From Patescibacteria group bacterium (GTDB lineage: Bacteria > Patescibacteriota > Patescibacteriia > UBA9934), in assembly GCA_038064675.1 (NCBI GenBank), contig JBBTSM010000003.1:38663-102662 (forward strand): a stretch of DNA of 64,000 nucleotides, given 5' to 3'. This document shows, in pieces, positions 10,047 through 21,532 of this stretch (positions are counted from its first letter, which is position 1; each line of letters begins with the position of its first letter). The notes under the pieces are model-generated. The model did no database searches, was not told the DNA's origin, and was given only the letters and a program-made list of their open reading frames with translations. The position numbers and the translations under genes are program-made.

Positions 10047-10078
10047 AAAAGGACAACCGAATCGGTTGTCCTTTTTTT
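10047..10078. terminator. Bidirectional intrinsic terminator
   Basis: AAAAGGACAACCGA-A-TCGGTTGTCCTTTTTT. Confidence 0.85.
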
Positions 10079-10096
10079 ATCGAAAGCTCTCAAGTT

Positions 10097-10408
10097 TTAT
10101 TCTGAGGTTTCTTCACCGCCCTGAAACCTTTCGTTATAATGATTCATGACTTCGTCAATAGAAGCGTCCCAAGGCATGACCGTAACAACAGTTTCACTAT
10201 TGAGAGAGACATTTATCGGTTGTCCCACCCTCTGAACAATGGCGAAAACTTTTACCACACAGTCTCGAACATCCTCACCACCTCGAGCGGTATATACATT
10301 ATCAACAATACCCTCTGCCGAACTCGAATAATTTAATGGCCCACGATAAATTTTCAATGGCACTTTTTCCACTTTCGGAGGAACGGGAGACTCAAACGGG
10401 TTAGACAT
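10097..10408 (-). CDS. Hypothetical protein between tRNAs
   Basis: MSNPFESPVPPKVEKVPLKIYRG..., AT-rich. The longer ORF-track version crosses the tRNA and is rejected. Confidence 0.6.
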   Translation of the reverse strand: MSNPFESPVPPKVEKVPLKIYRGPLNYSSSAEGIVDNVYTARGGEDVRDCVVKVFAIVQRVGQPINVSLNSETVVTVMPWDASIDEVMNHYNERFQGGEETSE

Positions 10409-10491
10409 ATCCGTAAGTCTACATGACATATCCCGGAGAGTGTCTTGTTGGTTGTGGAAAAGCATCCTACACTTCTCCCGACATTCTTCTC

Positions 10492-10596
10492 CGAGCCGTA
10501 GCGCAGTGGTAGCGCGCTTGCATGGCGCTCGACGAGCTGAGCTAAGCGAGGAGAGTGTGCAAGAGGTCGTGGGTTCAACCCCCATCGGCTCGACCA
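10492..10596 (+). tRNA. tRNA-Pro-type gene (probably GGG ancestor) with +30 nt in the anticodon loop
   Basis: CGAGCCG/CGGCTCG-A-CCA acceptor (C1:G72, A73), intact D and T arms, anticodon stem CTTGC/GCAAG enclosing 37 nt instead of 7. Confidence 0.85.
10526..10556 (+). mobile_element. 31-nt hairpin element (family E) in the tRNA anticodon
   Basis: CGCTCGACGAGCTG-N6-GCGAGGAGAGY, 25/31 identical to the reverse complement of 32797-32827 in mnmA. Confidence 0.8.
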
Positions 10597-10636
10597 GAAC
10601 GTCACTCTTCATGAGTGATTTTTTGTTTGTTTCTTT

Positions 10637-10665
10637 TTGACATTTCCTCATTTCTCTGCTATATT
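10637..10665 (+). promoter_or_regulatory. Sigma70-type promoter
   Basis: TTGACA-N17-TATATT with an extended TG. Confidence 0.7.
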
Positions 10666-10723
10666 CTTCGGTCGAGTGGGAGCGTTCCGCTACCCCTCAC
10701 AGCCCCACAAGGAGGGGGTTCAC

Positions 10724-10924
10724 ATGTTGACGACGATCTTGAATTACGCCATGGAAGGCTGCTTCGGACTTACGACGTTTTTCCTCTGGCTCCAGGCGGC
10801 CATCCAGTGGTCCCGCGAGGAGCAGATCGGAGCCCTGAAGAAGGGCTGCGTCGTGGCCATGCCCGCCTCCCTCCTGATCTACATCATCTTCGACCTCGGG
10901 GCGCACTACGGCTCCGTCAACTAG
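10724..10924 (+). CDS. Small orphan membrane protein (66 aa)
   Basis: AAGGAGG RBS, two hydrophobic segments, GC3-rich codons, own promoter and downstream hairpin. Confidence 0.7.
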   Translation: MLTTILNYAMEGCFGLTTFFLWLQAAIQWSREEQIGALKKGCVVAMPASLLIYIIFDLGAHYGSVN

Positions 10925-11019
10925 CTCGCGCATCCGCGAAGCGACGAAAGCGCCCCCGCGCCGTCGCCGACCCGGGTGCGCTTTCGTTTTATCTTCTCTA
11001 TCCTGCTATCATCCCTTCC

Positions 11020-12267
11020 ATGCAATTCGACGATTCAACTCAGTTCGACGTTATCGTCATCGGCGGTGGCGCTTCCGGGCTTATGGCTGCCGCAACCGCA
11101 GCAAGCCGAGGGAAGCGGGTTTTGGTACTCGAAAAGAATCCGGAGTGTGGGCGAAAGTTATCGATCTCTGGCGGTGGACGATGCAATATTACGAACGCCG
11201 AATTCGACAAACATCTGTTTACCGATCATTACGGCGATGCAAAGAAGTTTTTGCTTTCCGCGTTTTCTACCTTTGGCCCGCAAGAGACCTTTGACTACTT
11301 CAATTCACGCGGCCTCGCGTTCGTCGTTGAAGATCGCAAGCGCGCATTTCCCGTCACACACTCAGCTCTCGATGTGACGAATCTTCTCCTCGCTGAGTGC
11401 AAGAAGCACGGAGTTCGGATTCAAACATCGTCTCCTGTTCTCAAAATTGATTTCTTCGAGAACGAGATTCTTTCGGTGTCGACCAAAAATATTACGTACA
11501 CCGCCACTTCGTATATTTTCGCCACCGGCGGGTCTTCGCATCCAGAAACAGGATCTACTGGCGATGGATTTCCATGGCTTTCGAAGCTCGGTCACACCGT
11601 CGTTACCCCAACGCCATCGCTTGTTCCGCTTGCGGTTCGCGAACGCTGGGTCACCGATCTTCAAGGAATCACGCTCAAGGACGTAAAGATTTCATTCACG
11701 GTGGATGGGCGAAAAGCGTTCAACAAAAAGGGATCGATTCTGTTTACGCACTTCGGAATCTCCGGCCCAACGGTGTTGCATTCCGCAAAAGGCGTTGCCG
11801 ATCTGCTTCCCGAAGGTGAGGTTATTGCGCATCTCGATCTCTTCCCCACACTCGACGACGGCACACTCAGCCGAAACCTCGTTGCGCTTTTTGATGCGCA
11901 CAAGAACACGATGATCAAGAATGTGTTTGCAGGCATGCTTCTCACAGGAATCGTGAATCGATCGTTAATAGTCGCCGGCATCGATCCCGATGCCCAGGTA
12001 AACAGTGTAACGAAAGAACAGCGAGTACGCCTCGTCAGAGCACTCAAAGATCTCTCATTCCCCATCGACGGTTTGCTCGGCATGGATAAAGCGATCATTG
12101 CCGACGGCGGCGTACCGCTTTCCGAAGTATCGATGCAGACGATGAAGAGTAAGGTCGTCATCAACCTTTTCCTCACCGGCGACCTCTTTCACATCGTCCG
12201 CCCCTCCGGCGGCTATTCCCTCCAACTCTGCTGGACCACGGGATTTCTTGCAGGAAGCGCAGCGTAA
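11020..12267 (+). CDS. HI0933/YhiN (BaiN-like) flavoprotein
   Basis: IGGGASG, GRKLSISGGGRCNITN, TGDG, LFTHFGISGP, GGYSLQ. Confidence 0.93.
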   Translation: MQFDDSTQFDVIVIGGGASGLMAAATAASRGKRVLVLEKNPECGRKLSISGGGRCNITNAEFDKHLFTDHYGDAKKFLLSAFSTFGPQETFDYFNSRGLAFVVEDRKRAFPVTHSALDVTNLLLAECKKHGVRIQTSSPVLKIDFFENEILSVSTKNITYTATSYIFATGGSSHPETGSTGDGFPWLSKLGHTVVTPTPSLVPLAVRERWVTDLQGITLKDVKISFTVDGRKAFNKKGSILFTHFGISGPTVLHSAKGVADLLPEGEVIAHLDLFPTLDDGTLSRNLVALFDAHKNTMIKNVFAGMLLTGIVNRSLIVAGIDPDAQVNSVTKEQRVRLVRALKDLSFPIDGLLGMDKAIIADGGVPLSEVSMQTMKSKVVINLFLTGDLFHIVRPSGGYSLQLCWTTGFLAGSAA

Positions 12268-12338
12268 CATCTAGCGCTCGGCACCATATATATGATGCAG
12301 AATGCGAGATCGGCAGCACGTGCTGCTGCCGACGTAGG

Positions 12339-12974
12339 TCACCACACTTCAACGATAGGCCCGTAGTAGTTCTCACCGCTCAGCACGTGCGATGAGCCGT
12401 CCGAATACCACAGCCAACCGAAACGTCCGAGTAGCATGTCGGGGTACTCTCCAGTCCCCGCTCCGGCGGTGTTCACGGTGAGCGCGAGCTCGGCAGATTC
12501 ACCGCCAGAGATGAGGACACCAATCTCCCCGTCCCCCTCCCATTCGAACTCGTCGCTGCCCTCACCGTGGTTCACCTCGAGCGACACGTTGTTCGCCACG
12601 GGAACTTCACTCGTGCCGATCCGGAGCGTGACGCCTCCCTCCTCCAGAAGGTTGGACGTCGGCCACCCAACCGCCGCCTCGTCGCCGCCCAGAATGGCCA
12701 CAGCGGCCGAGAAAACCGTGAGCGGCGGACATTCCGGATGAATCACCGAAATCACGAAATTCGCGATTTCGGTATGCTGGTCCGGATACAGGTCCGTACT
12801 TTCCAGGTCGATCGAAGCCAGCGTCGCTTCGTTGACCAGCTCAACGACCGAACCGTCGCCAGCCGAAACCGGATACCGACAAGGATCATCGTACGACAGC
12901 CCAGCTTCCGGTTTTTCACCGGGAACCGAGGACAGCTGAACGTCCGAACATGCAAGGAGCAGAGTCAAAAACAT
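12339..12974 (-). CDS. Orphan putative lipoprotein
   Basis: MFLTLLLAC lipobox-like start, upstream GGAG, acidic beta-rich body. Confidence 0.65.
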   Translation of the reverse strand: MFLTLLLACSDVQLSSVPGEKPEAGLSYDDPCRYPVSAGDGSVVELVNEATLASIDLESTDLYPDQHTEIANFVISVIHPECPPLTVFSAAVAILGGDEAAVGWPTSNLLEEGGVTLRIGTSEVPVANNVSLEVNHGEGSDEFEWEGDGEIGVLISGGESAELALTVNTAGAGTGEYPDMLLGRFGWLWYSDGSSHVLSGENYYGPIVEVW

Positions 12975-13245
12975 CGTATCTCCACGAACAAAGAAGTATA
13001 GCAGAATTTTTGGTTAAAATCAAGAATATTCCGCAAATCCTTGCGAAAAATGCCGTTCCATGCTATTCTTTCGTTGCTTTGATTCGTCCTCAGAGGCGAA
13101 TCTGTCCGTTGCGCCACGTGCGCAGTCGACCGGATTTCTGTCCACCATCGGTGAAACGAGAAATCAAGCATTCTATTCAAGAGAGCTTGCTGCTGATTTC
13201 TATCGTTTCCGATTGAATCCTTCACGTTCTCACTGACATTTTTTC

Positions 13246-14703
13246 ATGTCCGACACAAACTCTGCCGCGCAGAACGGCTTTGAGGGACTTGGCATCGCGC
13301 CAACACTCCTTGAAATTCTGAACAAACACGGGTTCTCAACCCCAACCCCAATTCAGCATCAGTCCATCCCGGTCGCAATCTCCGGAAGCGACGTGATTGG
13401 TATTGCGCAAACGGGTACAGGAAAAACCCTCGCGTTCGGTATTCCAATGATCCAGCGCCTCGCCCAGTTTAAGGGCCGTGGATTGGTCATTTTGCCTACC
13501 CGCGAACTTGCATTGCAGGTGGACGAAAACCTCAAAAAGATTGGCGCAGGCATCGGCATGAAGACCGCCGTCCTCATTGGTGGCGCTTCGATGCATCTTC
13601 AAAAGAAGGCACTTCAAACAAAGCCGCACGTCATCATCGCAACCCCAGGTCGTCTTATCGATCACCTTGAGCAGAAAACGATTCGTCTCGACGACGTGAA
13701 GGTTCTCGTTCTCGATGAAGCTGACCGCATGTTGGACATGGGTTTTGCTCCACAGATTGCGAAAATTCTTGCAACCGTGCCAAAGGATCGCCAAACGCTC
13801 CTTTTCTCTGCAACCATGCCACTCGAGATTGTCCGTATTGCCAACACCGCAATGCGCACACCAGTTCGTGTGGAAGTGGCCCCACAAGGCACACTTGCAG
13901 AACGCGTGGAACAGGAATTGATCTTCGTCCCAAAACACGACAAAGAGCGCTTGCTCGAATTGTTGCTCAAGGAGCAAGAAGGAACCGTCCTCGTGTTCTC
14001 TCGCACCAAGCACGGCGCAAAGAAGATTGCTCGCGCAGTCCATGCTATGGGCTATACCGCGGATGAGCTGCATTCCAATCGATCGTTGGCACAGCGCAAA
14101 GCTGCACTGGAAGGCTTCAAAACCGGAAAGTATCGTGTTCTTATTGCCACCGACATCGCAGCTCGTGGAATTGATGTGAAGGGCATTGCCCTCGTCATTA
14201 ACTACGATTTGCCAGACAATCCAGACGACTACGTTCACCGCATTGGTCGAACTGGTCGCGCCGGAATGGCCGGAAAGGCAGTCAGCTTCGCAACGCCAGA
14301 TCAGCGTGGCGACGTGAAGGGCATTGAACGCGTCATCCGCGGACTCATCCCATTGAAGCCTGTGCCAAAAGTGCTTCCAGCGTACCGCAACCTTCCGCCA
14401 GTTGAGCGCGACAACGATGCGCATGCTCGCGGCGGCCGCAACGCGAAAACCTACGGCGGATCCACAACGTATCCCGGAGAAAAGCGCTACGGCGCAGCAC
14501 CAAGTGGCCACGCGCCACAAAAGGCGTATGAGAAGCAGTATCACGATCGCGCAGCAAAGCCAGTGCCACAAGGCCAGCATCGCGCAAAGCGATACGACGT
14601 CAGCACAGCGTCGGCTACGCCATCGGCTCCTGCGCAACAGCCATACATCGCGCCAACTGCGAATCAGTTCGCCCCAGCGGCTCCTCGCAAATTCCGAAAG
14701 TAA
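13246..14703 (+). CDS. DEAD-box RNA helicase (RhlE-like)
   Basis: AQTGTGKT, PTRELA, TPGR, DEAD, SAT, ARGID, HRIGRTGR. Confidence 0.97.
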   Translation: MSDTNSAAQNGFEGLGIAPTLLEILNKHGFSTPTPIQHQSIPVAISGSDVIGIAQTGTGKTLAFGIPMIQRLAQFKGRGLVILPTRELALQVDENLKKIGAGIGMKTAVLIGGASMHLQKKALQTKPHVIIATPGRLIDHLEQKTIRLDDVKVLVLDEADRMLDMGFAPQIAKILATVPKDRQTLLFSATMPLEIVRIANTAMRTPVRVEVAPQGTLAERVEQELIFVPKHDKERLLELLLKEQEGTVLVFSRTKHGAKKIARAVHAMGYTADELHSNRSLAQRKAALEGFKTGKYRVLIATDIAARGIDVKGIALVINYDLPDNPDDYVHRIGRTGRAGMAGKAVSFATPDQRGDVKGIERVIRGLIPLKPVPKVLPAYRNLPPVERDNDAHARGGRNAKTYGGSTTYPGEKRYGAAPSGHAPQKAYEKQYHDRAAKPVPQGQHRAKRYDVSTASATPSAPAQQPYIAPTANQFAPAAPRKFRK

Positions 14704-14709
14704 GGAAAC

Positions 14710-14744
14710 AAAGAACGCAGCTCAGAAATGAGCTGCGTTCTTTT
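14710..14744 (+). terminator. Intrinsic terminator
   Basis: AAAGAACGCAGCTCA-GAAA-TGAGCTGCGTTCTTTT. Confidence 0.9.
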
Positions 14745-14887
14745 GTATCGAGTTGAATCGATACGGATTTTTCCAGTTGCGACGAGTTTGGGTGCGCGAC
14801 GAGCAAAGCTTCCGAGGCGTACTTCATGGTACGTTGAGGAAGTTTGCGATGGCGCAAGCCCAAAATCGACCAACTGGGAAATTCGCT

Positions 14888-15667
14888 CTATTTTGCCTTC
14901 GCAATTGCGTCGTCAATCATCTTCTTCATGCTCGCGTATGGAACTGCACCGGAAACGAGCGTTCCGTTCACGTATGTTGCCGGAGTTCCGCTCACGCCGG
15001 CAGTTCGACCGGAAGCTGAGCCTGCGTCCACAACACTCTGATACTTCGCTGTGCTCACACAATCCGCGAACTTCTTGGTGTCGAGATTGAGGTCGGACGC
15101 GGTCTTGTTTACGTATGCCGTTGCCGTTGCTGCGTCGCTAGAAAGATTTTCCGTCTGGCCCGCGTACATTGCGTCCGCAAACTCCCAGAACTTTCCCTGC
15201 TCACTTGCACATTCACTTGCGAGAGCGACCGGAACCGCATTTGGATGGAACGACAATGGGAAATGACGATAGACCCACGCGACCTGGTCGCCGTAGTCCT
15301 TCACAATCTGCTGCATGGTTGGATCGTGCTTGCCGCAGTATGGGCACTGGAAATCCGAGTATTCCACCAATACCACCTTCGCCTTCTTGATATCACCACG
15401 GATGTGATCGGCGCTTGTCACTGGATCAAGCTTGCCTGCTGGAGCCGCAGCAGCTGCAACCGGTGCTGTTGCAGCAGCAACCGACGGGGCCGCCGCAGCA
15501 ACCGCGCTACCGCTCGAAAACGCTGAGAAATTGTTCATGAGCAGAATCATTGCCATTCCGCTCACCAAACCGAACGAGAACATGGTTCGTGGGTTTCCAT
15601 CAAGGAATCCAGGAGTCGTGGACTGAATTGGCGTGGACGTTGGCATTTCGTTCCGTTCATCAGACAT
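14888..15667 (-). CDS. DsbA/BdbD family thiol-disulfide oxidoreductase
   Basis: EYSDFQCPYC, YRHFPL, GVSGTP, N-terminal TM segment. Confidence 0.93.
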   Translation of the reverse strand: MSDERNEMPTSTPIQSTTPGFLDGNPRTMFSFGLVSGMAMILLMNNFSAFSSGSAVAAAAPSVAAATAPVAAAAAPAGKLDPVTSADHIRGDIKKAKVVLVEYSDFQCPYCGKHDPTMQQIVKDYGDQVAWVYRHFPLSFHPNAVPVALASECASEQGKFWEFADAMYAGQTENLSSDAATATAYVNKTASDLNLDTKKFADCVSTAKYQSVVDAGSASGRTAGVSGTPATYVNGTLVSGAVPYASMKKMIDDAIAKAK

Positions 15668-15697
15668 ACGAAGATATTACAGTTCGAAGCAAGTTTA

Positions 15698-16456
15698 TCA
15701 GCTCCGGCACTTCTTTGCGCCTCTTTTTATCCACATTATGAAGAAGATGCCGATTCCGAAAAAGACAATGGAAAAGTACTGCCCAGGGGTTAGTCCGAAG
15801 TAACGCACATCAATGACGCGTAAGAAATCGAGACCGAAGCGCGTTGCGCCGTACCAGATCGAAAACACGGCGATATAGATTCCAACAGGACGCTGCTTTC
15901 TCGACAGCCACAGAAACACCATCGCGAGCACACATGCATTCACCGATTCGTATAATCCAAGATCATGCCGCACAACACCGTCGGGATACTGCACGCCGAG
16001 CAAGAAGTGCGTTGCGGTTCCGGGATGGTCGTGAATAAGAAAACACCCAATACGTCCAATCCACATCCCAAACGGCATACCGAACGCAACAATATCGGTG
16101 TACCGAAGCAGATCAACTTTCCGATGACGCAAATACAGAATGCCCGTTATCGATGCAACGACGAAGCCGCCGTAAATCGATAATCCACCTTTCCAGATCT
16201 CGAACACTTCGGTGAAGTGCGCCGCGTAATATCCAGGATCGTAAAACAGTACGTGACCAAGTCTTCCACCAACCATTCCCGTAATCGCCACCCACGTCAG
16301 CATGTCCCACACAATTTGCGGATCATCCCCGCGCTGCTTCGCAAGTCGTGCCGCCATGAAAGCGCCGAGGAGAAAGCCGAAGGCAACGAACAAACCCCAG
16401 ACGTGGAGAGTGAGAGGGCCAAGGGAGAAGATTGTGAGGGAGAAGTATGGGATCAT
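15698..16456 (-). CDS. lgt: Prolipoprotein diacylglyceryl transferase
   Basis: GGRLGHVLFY, IWKGGLSIYGG, IGRIGCF, RFGLDFLR. Confidence 0.93.
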   Translation of the reverse strand: MIPYFSLTIFSLGPLTLHVWGLFVAFGFLLGAFMAARLAKQRGDDPQIVWDMLTWVAITGMVGGRLGHVLFYDPGYYAAHFTEVFEIWKGGLSIYGGFVVASITGILYLRHRKVDLLRYTDIVAFGMPFGMWIGRIGCFLIHDHPGTATHFLLGVQYPDGVVRHDLGLYESVNACVLAMVFLWLSRKQRPVGIYIAVFSIWYGATRFGLDFLRVIDVRYFGLTPGQYFSIVFFGIGIFFIMWIKRGAKKCRS

Positions 16457-16923
16457 ACCAAAGCCCCCTCCGACTCCCCCATAAATGGGGGAGAGATATC
16501 ATCGAGCGTTCGTTCGATCGTTTTGATTACAGATACGGGGCTGTTCATAATTTCTTCGTTTCGGATTCGGAGGATGGCGTAGCCAGCACTCCTTAAATAC
16601 TCCTCACGATCTTCATCGTACTTTTTCGCGGCGTCAGAATCATGGACTGATCCGTCGATTTCAATAACGAGCTTCGCCTCATCACAGTATAAATCAACAA
16701 TGTAGAGCCCAATTCCATGTTGACGACGAAACTTCTTCCCACGAACCCTTCTCATTCGCACTAAATTCCAAAGAATCTTTTCCGCCGGAGTTTCGTTTGC
16801 TCTTAAATCACGCTGTCGTTCAACATACTTCGCGAGACCGCGAATTCGATCTCCAATAACCCGAAGCTTCCGATATGACTTCTCTCCCCCATTTATGGGG
16901 GAGTCGGAGGGGGCTTCGATCAT
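16453..16923 (-). CDS. DUF559 (Vsr-like) endonuclease
   Basis: LRANETPAEKILW, KFRRQH, YIVDLYC, LVIEIDGSVH, D..RE.YL...G..ILRI.NEE. Confidence 0.92.
   Translation of the reverse strand: MIEAPSDSPINGGEKSYRKLRVIGDRIRGLAKYVERQRDLRANETPAEKILWNLVRMRRVRGKKFRRQHGIGLYIVDLYCDEAKLVIEIDGSVHDSDAAKKYDEDREEYLRSAGYAILRIRNEEIMNSPVSVIKTIERTLDDISPPFMGESEGALV
16458..16917. mobile_element. DUF559 element with perfect 36-bp inverted repeats (family A) and a 7-bp flanking direct repeat
   Basis: 16461-16496 is the exact reverse complement of 16881-16916. GATCATA occurs at 16451-16457 and 16918-16924. Confidence 0.8.
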
Positions 16924-17372
16924 AACGCCCCCAGCACCACCAATGCCCGCTTAAACTCGGCGATTGCTTTTTCTGCTTGCGCGATCTTCAACTCCGATCC
17001 TGCTTCGTGAACCAGAGTATTTCTGAGCGACCGTGCCCAGAAGGTTCGCTGGAGGTCGTGATATTTCCTGCTCGCAAACTTTAATCGCTCCCCCGTCGTT
17101 GTTCCTGGAAACGATTTTGCTTTTAATGCAAGGTCGAGCACTGCGTCGGCCTGGATAATCGCCAATCGCAGACTCATCACGTCGCCACGACGAGCGAGAT
17201 CTTCAACCGCCTTCCAGTGCTTCGATACATTGTCTCGTTCACTTCCAAATCTCCATCGCCGCATCGCCCGCCGAAGCCACACCGTCGCCATCAGCAGAAA
17301 TACAAAACCGACGGCGCCGATGACCACGTACGGAAGTACGGCTGATGCCATCGATGCAACGTCGGTTTTCAT
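16920..17372 (-). CDS. Hypothetical membrane-anchored protein
   Basis: N-terminal TM, AIIQADAVLD, GERLK, RNTLVHE (HEPN-like RxxxxH). Confidence 0.75.
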   Translation of the reverse strand: MKTDVASMASAVLPYVVIGAVGFVFLLMATVWLRRAMRRWRFGSERDNVSKHWKAVEDLARRGDVMSLRLAIIQADAVLDLALKAKSFPGTTTGERLKFASRKYHDLQRTFWARSLRNTLVHEAGSELKIAQAEKAIAEFKRALVVLGAL

Positions 17373-17374
17373 AG

Positions 17375-18802
17375 TTACGATGCGTTATGCAATCCTTCAA
17401 ACGCCGCAGCGACCTGGAGAACTCTATTGTCATCAAAACTCTTTCCAAGCACCTGCAACCCAACCGGCAAACCGTGCGCTGTGCCGCAAGGAACGGAAAT
17501 TCCCGGAATACCAAGAATGTTTGCGGAGACAGTGAATACGTCGGCAAGGTACATGGAGACTGGGTCGTCCATCTTTTCGCCAATTCCCCACGCAACGATC
17601 GGTGACACTGGGCCGACGATGACGTCAACATTCTTCAGTGCAGCATCAAACTCCATCTTCATCGCCGCACGAACCGCAATCGCCTTCTTGTAGAACGCAT
17701 CGTAGTAACCGGCGGACAGAATGAACGTCCCCAACATGATACGACGCTTCGATTCTGCCCCGAATCCTGCGCCGCGAGCGGATCGGTAGCTTTCTTCGAT
17801 TGCGCCTTCCCCACGATTGCCGTAGCGCATACCGTCAAAACGCGCCAAGTTGCTACTCGCCTCTGCTGGCTGAATAATGTAGAATGCCGGTAATGCATAC
17901 GGCGCAAGCGGCAACGACATATTCACGATTTCTGCTCCGCCGCTCTTCAGCGTGTCGATCGCCTCATGAATCCTCGCCGCGACATCTTCATCCATGCCGT
18001 CGATAAAATATTCCTTTGGCACGCCGATACGAACGCCGGCGAGACTTGATGAAACATTTTCCGAAGCCGGGTCATCAAGAACAACCGACGTTGCATCGTG
18101 AGAATCCTTTCCCTCGATCACCGACAACACGATCGCGATGTCCTCAACGGTTGTTGCGATCGGGCCTACCTGATCGAGGCTTGATCCATCCGCAATGATT
18201 CCATATCGCGAAACACGTCCGTAGGTCGGTTTCATTCCAACAACACCACAAAGTGACGACGGCTGGCGAATCGAGCCGCCAGTATCTGAACCAAGCGCGG
18301 CAGGAATCATTCCCGCGGCAACAGCCGCCGCAGATCCGCCCGATGTTCCACCAGGAACCTTCGACGTGTCATGCGGATTCTTCGTCACATGAAACGCCGA
18401 TGATTCGGTGGACGACCCGAAAGCAAACTCATCCATGTTCGTTCTGCCAATAATGATGGCGCCAGCTTCCTGCAGACGAGTGACGACGGTTGCGGTATAC
18501 GTCGCACGATAATCGGCGAGCATCTTTGAACCGGCGCTTGCGATGTGACCCATGACAAGCATGTTGTCTTTGAGCGCGATCGGAACTCCAGCCAATGGAA
18601 GGTCAGCCTCACCAACTGCGATACGAGCATCAACCTCCCTCGCTGCCTTCCGTGCGTCGTCGGCAAATACTTCGAGGAACGCGCCAATCTCACCATCCTT
18701 TTCTTCAATTCGACGAATCGCCTCATCGACAATCGATTCAGCTGTCGCCGATCCTGCATTCACCGAATCTCGAATTGATTTTACGGTCCAGTTGGTGGTC
18801 AT
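17375..18802 (-). CDS. gatA: Asp/Glu-tRNA amidotransferase subunit A
   Basis: Amidase signature [33 protein letters not shown]. Confidence 0.97.
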   Translation of the reverse strand: MTTNWTVKSIRDSVNAGSATAESIVDEAIRRIEEKDGEIGAFLEVFADDARKAAREVDARIAVGEADLPLAGVPIALKDNMLVMGHIASAGSKMLADYRATYTATVVTRLQEAGAIIIGRTNMDEFAFGSSTESSAFHVTKNPHDTSKVPGGTSGGSAAAVAAGMIPAALGSDTGGSIRQPSSLCGVVGMKPTYGRVSRYGIIADGSSLDQVGPIATTVEDIAIVLSVIEGKDSHDATSVVLDDPASENVSSSLAGVRIGVPKEYFIDGMDEDVAARIHEAIDTLKSGGAEIVNMSLPLAPYALPAFYIIQPAEASSNLARFDGMRYGNRGEGAIEESYRSARGAGFGAESKRRIMLGTFILSAGYYDAFYKKAIAVRAAMKMEFDAALKNVDVIVGPVSPIVAWGIGEKMDDPVSMYLADVFTVSANILGIPGISVPCGTAHGLPVGLQVLGKSFDDNRVLQVAAAFEGLHNAS

Positions 18803-18805
18803 AGA

Positions 18806-19090
18806 TTACGCAGCGAAAACTCCAGGAACTTCCATCGCACCGCCAACCTGCTTTGGAAACGCGGCAACAACCGCATCGCGCTCTGCACGAGTTGAAGTAA
18901 TGACGTCGTCGCGCAATACATTCACCGCATCGGTAAGATACGCCTTCGCGTCAACGCCCGATGTGTCGACCTCTTGCAGCTTGCTGATGTACTCCAAAAT
19001 ATCCGGTAACTGACGCTGCAACATCGCCTTTTCGTCGTCGGTTAACTGTAATTTGGCTAACATTGCTAATCGGTTGATATCAATATCCAT
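18806..19090 (-). CDS. gatC: Asp/Glu-tRNA amidotransferase subunit C
   Basis: LAMLAKLQL, LQEVDT, NVLRDD; adjacent to gatA. Confidence 0.93.
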   Translation of the reverse strand: MDIDINRLAMLAKLQLTDDEKAMLQRQLPDILEYISKLQEVDTSGVDAKAYLTDAVNVLRDDVITSTRAERDAVVAAFPKQVGGAMEVPGVFAA

Positions 19091-19093
19091 AGA

Positions 19094-21371
<2,278 letters not shown>

Positions 21372-21532
21372 CACTAAAATCTAGAATCGACCACCCCGCT
21401 CTCGCTGGAAATGTCTTCCCGCCTCCGTTCCCATCCCAACCCCTCCAAGGGTCAGGTTCATTCACCCTTCAACGCCAAACGCCCCGATCAAAGATCGAGG
21501 TGTGTGGGCTCGCCGAAAGGGGAATCTTACCG

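Noticed and set aside
10522-10558. Group I or archaeal BHB intron, or an ordinary tRNA-Ala(GGC)
   Set aside because: Only 30 extra nt, no BHB geometry, no G3:U70, and the insert matches a dispersed repeat.
13070-13245. Riboswitch in the long leader of the DEAD helicase
   Set aside because: The long UTR is plausibly regulatory, but no recognisable aptamer motif was seen.
13336-14637. 433-aa minus-strand ORF (likewise 37129-38361, 46882-47763 and 61662-62984)
   Set aside because: Shadow frames of well-supported genes.
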